DNA of 11,770 bases, from UHGV virus genome UHGV-0308383, one strand, 5' to 3'. The notes beneath the pieces were generated by a model. That model was not told where the DNA came from. It saw only the letters and a list, made by a program, of their open reading frames with translations, and did not search any database. Every line of letters begins with the position of its first letter. The stretch's first letter is position 1. Below are positions 7,185 to 11,770 of this stretch, piece by piece. A program made the position numbers and the translations under genes. This DNA comes from a virus.

Positions 7185-7775
7185 TTAAGCTTTGGTCTTA
7201 AGTAGGTTCTTAAGTTTTTTGAGATTCATGCTCTCGTCAAACTTAAAACCAAATCCATTGACATAATCAATGAACTCGGATTTCTTACTCAGTGATAGTG
7301 CGTAACTCATATCGAAGTTATTACTTGTTTCTGCATCTGGACTAGAGTTCACATCAAATGAAATTTCTGTAGGCTCTTGCTTGCTACTTCTCATATTATC
7401 AATCAATAGACAGGTATAGTTTGCTGGATAGAAGTTAACACTACCATCAACATATCCATACTTGTTATTGTGAATAAGGCTGGAAAATACCTTAAGAAAT
7501 GTTTCTGATTCGTGGCATACAAGTTTGAATTGACTGCATTCTCCAAGAGCCACTAAAGAGTAAGGACTTTCACTATCAATGTCGTAGTTTGGGTTTGATG
7601 TTGTAACCGTCACACGCATCAGGTTATTTGCAATAGTCTTCTGCTTAAAAGAATTTTGAACATAGTGAAGACCTCTATCACACTGATTGACTAGCTCTTT
7701 AAGAAGGTCATTTGCATATGGTGAATTAATTGATACAGAGCCATCACTATTGTAATTAAAACTTACTGTTAACAT
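7185..7775 (-). CDS. Hypothetical protein, 196 aa
   Basis: ATG at 7773..7775 preceded by AGGAGA. Confidence 0.75.
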   Translation of the reverse strand: MLTVSFNYNSDGSVSINSPYANDLLKELVNQCDRGLHYVQNSFKQKTIANNLMRVTVTTSNPNYDIDSESPYSLVALGECSQFKLVCHESETFLKVFSSLIHNNKYGYVDGSVNFYPANYTCLLIDNMRSSKQEPTEISFDVNSSPDAETSNNFDMSYALSLSKKSEFIDYVNGFGFKFDESMNLKKLKNLLKTKA

Positions 7776-8002
7776 TTTTCAGTTCTCCTGCGATTTATAA
7801 TTTTGCTGCAATAGAGAAACGAAGTAAACTCACTGGAAGAAACCATTAAGTGTTGTTCACTAGATTGAGCCATTGCCCTGAAATACATTCCAGTCAAAGC
7901 ATCATAGTGACTATTCTTTCCAATTGAGGTTATATAGCCATGACTCTTTGCAGTTTGATATAAATCTATAATATCTGCGATTTCTAATTGGGAACTACAC
8001 AT
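7769..8002 (-). CDS. Hypothetical protein, 77 aa
   Basis: ATG at 8000..8002 preceded by AAGAGGA; overlaps neighbours by 7 and 19 nt. Confidence 0.55.
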   Translation of the reverse strand: MCSSQLEIADIIDLYQTAKSHGYITSIGKNSHYDALTGMYFRAMAQSSEQHLMVSSSEFTSFLYCSKIINRRRTEKC

Positions 8003-8145
8003 AGATAATCCTCTTGTCTTCTGTAATTTTGAAAGAACAGGTACAGACCAATTTCAGAGGATGAATAGTAGATTAACTCTACCCTTTTTGATTCCTTACA
8101 GTGATTGGTATTCTTACCTTTCTTCGGTTTATTTGATTTTCTCAT
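7984..8145 (-). CDS. Small basic protein, 53 aa (MRKSNKPKKGKNTNH...); first gene of the leftward operon. The track's 7984..8166 ORF begins at a TTG; the ATG at 8143..8145 has a much better ribosome-binding site
   Basis: AAGGAG lies 5 nt upstream of the ATG at 8143..8145. Confidence 0.55.
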   Translation of the reverse strand: MRKSNKPKKGKNTNHCKESKRVELIYYSSSEIGLYLFFQNYRRQEDYLCVVPN

Positions 8146-8190
8146 TAAGTCTCCTTTGTAGAACAAGGCAGACCTACAGCTTTAACTAAG

Positions 8191-8219
8191 ATGGTACAGT
8201 AATCCATACAACAAGTCAA
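8191..8219 (-). promoter_or_regulatory. Candidate sigma70-type promoter for the leftward operon: -35 TTGACT (complement of 8214..8219), 17-bp spacer, -10 TACCAT (complement of 8191..8196), T/A-rich UP-like tract upstream
   Basis: Minus strand reads CTTTTTTAACTTGCAATAGTTCTTGACT-N17-TACCAT; the GTTCTTGAC context resembles the plus-strand promoter at 10373. Confidence 0.35.
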
Positions 8220-8244
8220 GAACTATTGCAAGTTAAAAAAGTTG

Positions 8245-8281
8245 TTGACAAAGTACTTGACAAGGTGTAGGCTTATAAATA
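8245..8281 (+). promoter_or_regulatory. Promoter-like region upstream of CDS 8395..8766: tandem TTGACA boxes (8245..8250, 8257..8262) after an A-rich tract, and TATAAATA (8274..8281), which matches the phage T4 late-promoter consensus
   Basis: Motifs seen in sequence; spacing from either TTGACA to a good -10 hexamer is non-canonical, so the promoter class is uncertain. Confidence 0.35.
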
Positions 8282-8394
8282 CTTAGAAGATAACTTAAAA
8301 GGTTCCTCTAAAAAGGCTATTTAAACAGATATCTTTCTGGATATCTATCTTTTATCTTAAAAGCCTTTTAAGAGGTCTTATAAGAGGCATACCA

Positions 8395-8766
8395 ATGAAA
8401 AACAGAACAAACAAAGGCCAGTTTAAAAAAGGCCAGTCTGGTAACCCATCTGGAAGACCGAAAGGTTCACGTAACAAAAGCTCACTCGTAAAAGCTCAAC
8501 TGACCATTGATAATTCTGCTGAGTTCGCTGCAAAGCTGTTTGAGGCGATTGTTACAAGGGATGCGGCTAAGCTTGCAGAGTTCGGGTTAAACACAGATGA
8601 CGTAACCATCAAGAGTATGATTGAGGTCGGTAAAACTATCTTTACTCACTCAGCAGGTGAGATGAAAGCACTTGCAGCAGACACTAAGAAGACTCCTGAT
8701 AATGGTGGTCAACAACAGACAGATAACAAACCAACGTTCTCTGCTGTAGCGACTCTCAAAAAATAA
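8395..8766 (+). CDS. Small basic protein, 123 aa, with the N-terminal motif KGQFKKGQSGNPSGRPKGSRN (resembles the GNPxGRPKG motif of the phage DUF5681 family, from memory)
   Basis: ATG at 8395 with AAGAGG upstream; basic N-terminus, Gln-rich acidic C-terminus. Confidence 0.75.
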   Translation: MKNRTNKGQFKKGQSGNPSGRPKGSRNKSSLVKAQLTIDNSAEFAAKLFEAIVTRDAAKLAEFGLNTDDVTIKSMIEVGKTIFTHSAGEMKALAADTKKTPDNGGQQQTDNKPTFSAVATLKK

Positions 8767-8778
8767 TTTTAAAAGGTG

Positions 8779-8814
8779 TTGACAGACTCTACAAAGTTGC
8801 TCTAAAGTCTGTCA
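8779..8814 (+). promoter_or_regulatory. Candidate sigma70 promoter (A-rich UP, TTGACA 8779..8784, 18-bp spacer, TAAAGT 8803..8808) embedded in a perfect 9-bp inverted repeat (TGACAGACT 8780..8788 / AGTCTGTCA 8806..8814)
   Basis: Seen in sequence; located between the two plus-strand genes. Confidence 0.45.
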
Positions 8815-8847
8815 CATCAAACAACAAATGAGAGAAGAGAGTAAAAT

Positions 8848-10263
8848 ATGAGCGAGTTATTTAAACATGCGCACCTTCATGCAGGTCGAACTGAAAATGG
8901 TGCTGTAAACCATACTTCATCAATGTCTGCTCTGGTAGACTTCTACAAAGCCGCTGGCTCAAGCCGTAGCAATGTAGAAATCTTACCAGACCTGTTCTAC
9001 AAAGCTTTGCGTGAGGATGTTGATGTTGCAGTTCGTATTTTACTGCATATGCGAGATGTACGAGAAGGTATGGGTGAGCGTAAAGCTTTCAGAACTGTTT
9101 TACTTCAAGCAATCGAAGACAAAGTTTTAGAACCTACACAGGTACTTCGTATTATGGATAAGGTTGCAGAACTTGGTCGTTTTGATGACTTCAAAATCTT
9201 CGTAGGCACTCGTTTTGAGACAGATGCCTTCAAACATTTAGAAGCAGCGTTACTAGACCCTGCAACAGCAGGTTTAGCAGCCAAGTGGCTACCACGAGTA
9301 AAACCACGCCACAAACAGTTTGTAAAACGTTTCTGTAAGTTTGCAAACTTAAGCGAGAAAGAGTACCGAACACTGCTATCTGCACTGTCTGATACGGTTG
9401 AGCAAAAAATCTCTGCTAATGAGTTTGGTAAGATTGACTACAGCAAGATTCCTTCACTCGCTGCTGCACGTTACCAAAAACTCTTTAACCGTAAAGATGG
9501 AGAACGCTACAAAGCTTACATCGAGTCATTATCAAAAGGTGAGGCTAAGATTAACGCTGGTGCTATTTACCCATACGATGTGATTAAATCTATTAAGTAT
9601 GGTAATGCAGATGTTGCTAATGAACAGTGGAAAGCACTTCCAAACTGGATGGCAGAAGGTGAGAACATCTTGTGTATGACTGATGTCTCAAGCTCAATGT
9701 CTTGGGTGAATTTCGGTTCAATCACGGCTCTTGATATTGGTGTATCTCTTGCCCTGTATGTAGCAGAACGCAACACAGGCTGCTTTAAGAATGAGTTAAT
9801 GGTTTATTCAACAAACCCTCACTTCATCGAACTGAGTGGTGATTTACGAAACCGTCATCGTCAGGTAATGCGTTATACTGAATATGGTTCAACTAACTTG
9901 CAAGCAGCTTTTGACCGCATTCTTGAGACAGGTAAGAGAAACAACTTGACTCAGAAAGATATGCCAAGTAAGCTTATCATCTTCTCTGATATGGAGTTCA
10001 ATCAGGTTGACGGTGCAAATGGTTGTACAAACTTTGAAGCAATTCGTAGTAAGTACAAAAAAGCTGGATACGAAATGCCACAACTGGTATTCTGGTACTT
10101 AGCAAACCGTAATGGTACTTGCGAAGTGTCTGTTAAGGATAACGGTGTAGCAATGGTATCAGGGTTCTCTCCAGCCACTTTAAAAGCTCTGCTTGGTGGT
10201 GAGAAGTTTGACCCAACCAGCGTAATGCTCAAAGCAGTAATGATTGACCGTTACATCTGGTAA
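8848..10263 (+). CDS. DUF2828-like protein, 471 aa: N-terminal helical region with a TENGA...LVDFY motif and a C-terminal von Willebrand factor A-like domain with a MIDAS-type motif
   Basis: MIDAS-like D-x-S-x-S (ILCMTDVSSSMS) and a later hydrophobic strand plus SD (LIIFSDMEF); N-terminal TENGAVNHTSSMSALVDFY...LRED...ILLHMRDVREGMGERKAF resembles the DUF2828 family (recalled, not searched); AGAAGAGAG upstream. Confidence 0.85.
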   Translation: MSELFKHAHLHAGRTENGAVNHTSSMSALVDFYKAAGSSRSNVEILPDLFYKALREDVDVAVRILLHMRDVREGMGERKAFRTVLLQAIEDKVLEPTQVLRIMDKVAELGRFDDFKIFVGTRFETDAFKHLEAALLDPATAGLAAKWLPRVKPRHKQFVKRFCKFANLSEKEYRTLLSALSDTVEQKISANEFGKIDYSKIPSLAAARYQKLFNRKDGERYKAYIESLSKGEAKINAGAIYPYDVIKSIKYGNADVANEQWKALPNWMAEGENILCMTDVSSSMSWVNFGSITALDIGVSLALYVAERNTGCFKNELMVYSTNPHFIELSGDLRNRHRQVMRYTEYGSTNLQAAFDRILETGKRNNLTQKDMPSKLIIFSDMEFNQVDGANGCTNFEAIRSKYKKAGYEMPQLVFWYLANRNGTCEVSVKDNGVAMVSGFSPATLKALLGGEKFDPTSVMLKAVMIDRYIW

Positions 10264-10276
10264 AAAGTTTTAAAAA

Positions 10277-10310
10277 GGGTATTGACAATATGTTTAATAC
10301 CCTTTAATAT
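10277..10310 (+). promoter_or_regulatory. Near-consensus sigma70 promoter: A-rich UP, TTGACA (10282..10287), 17-bp spacer, TAATAT (10305..10310); the -35 region lies inside a 7-bp-stem hairpin (GGGTATT 10277..10283 / AATACCC 10296..10302) that may also terminate CDS 8848..10263
   Basis: Motifs and spacing seen in sequence. Confidence 0.55.
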
Positions 10311-10372
10311 GTTCTACATAGAAACGAAATGAGAGCTTTTCTAAGATACTGAAAAATATTTTAAAAAAGTTC

Positions 10373-10405
10373 TTGACAACCACTAAAAAATAATGTTAAA
10401 GTGGT
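10373..10405 (+). promoter_or_regulatory. Candidate sigma70 promoter for the tRNA cluster: A-rich UP, TTGACA (10373..10378), 18-bp spacer, TAAAGT (10397..10402); overlaps a hairpin (ACCACT 10379..10384 / AGTGGT 10400..10405)
   Basis: Same TTGACA-N18-TAAAGT architecture as the element at 8779; about 25 nt upstream of the first tRNA. Confidence 0.45.
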
Positions 10406-10427
10406 TACATAGAGTTTGAAAAGTTTA

Positions 10428-10505
10428 TCTCTGTTTAGCTCAGCTTGGTAGAGCGTTCCGTTTGGGGCGGTAAGGCCGGAGGTTCAAGTCCTCCAACAGA
10501 GACCA
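10428..10505 (+). tRNA. tRNA-Pro (anticodon UGG), CCA encoded
   Basis: Manual cloverleaf: 7-bp acceptor stem, D-arm GCTC/GAGC with GG, anticodon loop TTTGGGG (anticodon 10463..10465), T-arm GGAGG-TTCAAGT-CCTCC; one T-T mismatch in the anticodon stem. Confidence 0.8.
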
Positions 10506-10512
10506 AATTAAT

Positions 10513-10590
10513 GTTCCAGTAGACAAAATGGTAAAGTCACCACTCTTTCAAAGTGGATATCTGAGGGTTCAAATCCCTTCTGGAACGCCA
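10513..10590 (+). tRNA. tRNA-Glu (anticodon UUC), CCA encoded, discriminator G
   Basis: Acceptor GTTCCAG/CTGGAAC, anticodon arm CCACT-CTTTCAA-AGTGG, T-loop TTCAAAT. Confidence 0.75.
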
Positions 10591-10597
10591 GTTTTGA

Positions 10598-10670
10598 CAG
10601 AAGACCAATTACAGCAAACTTAATCTTATTCATCTGAAGGTAAATCGGACAAAGAAGAGATTTGGTCTGG
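10598..10670 (+). repeat. Inter-tRNA repeat module I: CAGAAGACCAA-TTACAGCAA...TTGGTCTGG with a 7-bp terminal stem (AGACCAA 10602..10608 / TTGGTCT 10662..10668)
   Basis: Shares 5' and 3' motifs and terminal complementarity with modules II-IV. Confidence 0.6.
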
Positions 10671-10681
10671 TCATTAAGAAT

Positions 10682-10758
10682 TGCGGGTATAGAGAAAGGG
10701 CGTCTCACATGTCTCATTAGCATGGTATCGGCAGGTTCGACTCCTGCACCCGCCTCCA
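10682..10758 (+). tRNA. tRNA with anticodon CAU (Met or lysidine-dependent Ile2), CCA encoded; noncanonical acceptor (T1-C72 mismatch or 6-bp stem) and U at position 37
   Basis: D-arm GAGA-AAGGGCG-TCTC, anticodon arm CATGT-CTCATTA-GCATG (anticodon 10715..10717), T-arm GCAGG-TTCGACT-CCTGC, then ACCCGCC-T-CCA. Confidence 0.55.
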
Positions 10759-10764
10759 ATTTTG

Positions 10765-10824
10765 CAGAAGACCGTATTCAGCAACAAAATACTTTTTGCG
10801 GATAAAAGAAAAAACACGGTCTGG
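10765..10824 (+). repeat. Inter-tRNA repeat module II: CAGAAGACCGT-ATTCAGCAA...ACGGTCTGG with a 7-bp terminal stem (AGACCGT 10769..10775 / ACGGTCT 10816..10822)
   Basis: Same architecture as modules I, III and IV. Confidence 0.6.
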
Positions 10825-10835
10825 CAATGTATTAA

Positions 10836-10912
10836 GGTTAGGAAGCACATAAGGTATGTGCGGTCGCCTGTTAAGCGAATGGCACAGGGTTCGAATCCCT
10901 GACTAACCGCCA
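10836..10912 (+). tRNA. tRNA-Asn (anticodon GUU), CCA encoded
   Basis: Acceptor GGTTAGG/ACTAACC (one G-A mismatch), D-arm GCAC/GTGC, anticodon loop CTGTTAA, T-arm CAGGG-TTCGAAT-CCCTG, discriminator G. Confidence 0.7.
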
Positions 10913-10920
10913 AATTAAAT

Positions 10921-11008
10921 GTGTCGTTATCCCGTAGATGGTAGCGGTGGGGACTGTAAATCTCTTGTCATTGAGACTCGGTAGGTTCGACTCCTACACG
11001 GCACACCA
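10921..11008 (+). tRNA. tRNA-Tyr (anticodon GUA), class II with a long variable arm, CCA encoded
   Basis: 85 nt plus CCA; acceptor GTGTCGT/ACGGCAC (one G-U pair), anticodon arm GGGGA-CTGTAAA-TCTCT, variable-arm hairpin GTC/GAC, T-arm GTAGG-TTCGACT-CCTAC. Confidence 0.75.
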
Positions 11009-11013
11009 ATAAA

Positions 11014-11091
11014 GGTTATGTAGTTTAATCTGGTTAAAATACTCCCCTGTCACGGGAGATGATGAGGGTTCAAATCCCTTCGTAACCGCCA
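11014..11091 (+). tRNA. tRNA-Asp (anticodon GUC), CCA encoded, discriminator G
   Basis: Acceptor GGTTATG/CGTAACC (one G-U pair), anticodon arm CTCCC-CTGTCAC-GGGAG, T-arm GAGGG-TTCAAAT-CCCTT. Confidence 0.75.
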
Positions 11092-11179
11092 AATTATAAT
11101 AAGTATTTCAAAATGATGTTTTGAGAGGGCTATTTAGCCCCTCCCTTAAAGAGTTCTTACGAGTATTCTTTAAAGGAGC

Positions 11180-11255
11180 GGAAGACCAAATTCAGCAAAT
11201 ATGTATGATATTTTCAAGCCAATTTAATTTTGAAAAAATTTAAAACTTGGTCTGG
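11180..11255 (+). repeat. Inter-tRNA repeat module III: GGAAGACCAA-ATTCAGCAA...TTGGTCTGG with a 7-bp terminal stem (AGACCAA 11183..11189 / TTGGTCT 11247..11253)
   Basis: Same architecture as modules I, II and IV. Confidence 0.6.
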
Positions 11256-11268
11256 CTCAACAAATTTA

Positions 11269-11401
11269 CAGAAGACCGTTTACAGCAAAAACTTAAACAA
11301 TCTATTTCTCCGGTAAAGAAAAGGCGAAGGTTCGATTCCTTCACTCGGCAGATGTCGAGTTGGTGTAATGGTAGCACTTAAGATGATAAACAACGGTCTG
11401 G
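11269..11401 (+). repeat. Inter-tRNA repeat module IV (expanded, 133 nt): CAGAAGACCGTT-TACAGCAA...AACGGTCTGG with an 8-bp terminal stem, enclosing split tRNA-like fragments
   Basis: AGACCGTT 11273..11280 pairs with AACGGTCT 11392..11399; same end motifs as modules I-III. Confidence 0.6.
11326..11377 (+). pseudogene. Split, circularly permuted tRNA-like remnant: T-arm plus 3' acceptor strand (GAAGG-TTCGATT-CCTTC-ACTCGGC) sits immediately upstream of the complementary 5' acceptor strand plus D-arm (GTCGAGT-TG-GTGT-AATGGTA-GCAC)
   Basis: ACTCGGC (11343..11349) is complementary to GTCGAGT (11354..11360) with one G-U pair; no intact anticodon arm found by eye. Confidence 0.4.
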
Positions 11402-11420
11402 TAATTATCTTTGTAGATAA
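11402..11420. repeat. 19-bp direct repeat AATTATCTTTGTAGATAAG (second copy at 11648..11666); near-palindromic core TTATCT-TTGT-AGATAA
   Basis: Identical 19-mers seen at both positions. Confidence 0.7.
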
Positions 11421-11422
11421 GT

Positions 11423-11503
11423 TATTAAGCTTACCTGTGAGTATGCGACCACAAAGGGTGGATGGGTAAATTCTAGATTTAAACCCAAAAAGGCACATCG
11501 CTA
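11423..11503. repeat. Left arm of a perfect 81-bp inverted repeat (partner 11690..11770, truncated by the window end)
   Basis: Reverse complement of 11690..11770 equals 11423..11503; identity breaks at 11504 versus 11689. Confidence 0.85.
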
Positions 11504-11566
11504 GTTAGAGAAACTGTTGAGTGGGTGTTTCCAGCCGCGCAGGTGTTTCTCAGTTAAGGGTGAATT

Positions 11567-11642
11567 TGGTAGAAGTGGAGGGATTCGAACCCATCGCCTG
11601 TCAGATTAAAAGTCTGCCGCATCACCATTCTGCTACACTTCC
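11567..11642 (-). tRNA. tRNA-like gene on the minus strand, anticodon UUU (Lys-like), CCA encoded; noncanonical T-stem (3 G-C pairs flanked by mismatches) and G1-U72
   Basis: Minus strand reads GGAAGTG-TA-GCAGAATGGTGATGC-G-GCAGA-CTTTTAA-TCTGA-...GGG-TTCGAAT-CCC...CACTTCT-A-CCA; the anticodon loop matches the tRNA-Lys pattern. Confidence 0.5.
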
Positions 11643-11647
11643 ATTAA

Positions 11648-11666
11648 ATTATCTTTGTAGATAAGC
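11648..11666. repeat. Second copy of the 19-bp direct repeat AATTATCTTTGTAGATAAG
   Basis: Identical to 11402..11420. Confidence 0.7.
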
Positions 11667-11689
11667 TACCCAGACTTGCTTAAGGTCTG

Positions 11690-11770
11690 TAGCGATGTGC
11701 CTTTTTGGGTTTAAATCTAGAATTTACCCATCCACCCTTTGTGGTCGCATACTCACAGGTAAGCTTAATA
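11690..11770. repeat. Right arm of the perfect 81-bp inverted repeat (partner 11423..11503); runs to the window end
   Basis: Exact reverse complement of the left arm. Confidence 0.85.

Noticed and set aside
9105-10232. ORFs inside CDS 8848..10263 (9105..9314, 9567..9776, 9889..10083, 10002..10232 on the minus strand; 9398..9583 on the plus strand in another frame)
   Set aside because: Fully embedded in the well-supported 471-aa gene and without independent start signals.
11126-11150. Hairpin GAGGGC-TATTTA-GCCCCTC downstream of tRNA-Asp as a terminator
   Set aside because: No U-run follows on either strand; more likely a processing or structural hairpin than an intrinsic terminator.
10508-11498. 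Minus-strand ORFs 10508..10759, 10674..10913 and 11280..11498
   Set aside because: They run across tRNA genes and repeat modules; no ribosome-binding sites; the region is better explained as structured RNA.
10598-11770. CRISPR array in the repeat-rich tRNA region
   Set aside because: The repeats are imperfect, of variable length and spacing, interleaved with tRNA genes, and partly inverted rather than direct; this does not fit a repeat-spacer array.
1-11770. Site-specific invertase or recombinase gene that could drive the inverted-repeat switches
   Set aside because: No ORF in the window shows serine or tyrosine recombinase motifs by eye; inversion, if real, would rely on homologous recombination or a factor encoded outside the window.

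Overview
This window looks like a fragment of a large, AT-rich, lytic tailed-phage genome; no taxonomic assignment is possible from sequence alone. From 585 to 8145 a tightly packed leftward (minus-strand) operon of about 17 mostly uncharacterised genes runs with ATGA/TAATG start-stop overlaps. It includes a P22/lambda-type GH24 endolysin (5172..5636), immediately preceded by a protein with three tandem Ig-like domains (5636..6769) whose N-terminal domain is paralogous to the next gene (6766..7137). A divergent control region (8167..8394) carries sigma70-like promoters with A-rich UP elements in both directions. On the plus strand follow a small basic protein (8395..8766), a 471-aa DUF2828-like protein with a vWA/MIDAS C-terminal half (8848..10263), tandem promoters, and a tRNA cluster (Pro, Glu, Met/Ile-CAU, Asn, Tyr, Asp, plus an antisense Lys-like gene). 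The tRNA genes are interspersed with four hairpin-bounded repeat modules, one enclosing a split, permuted tRNA-like remnant. Both window edges carry long perfect repeats: at the left, a 101-bp direct and 113-bp inverted partial duplication of CDS 585..1004 creating a start-less alternative C-terminal cassette; at the right, an 81-bp perfect inverted repeat flanking the antisense tRNA-Lys-like gene. These repeat architectures are the most unusual features; all calls are from manual reading, with no database search or folding run.
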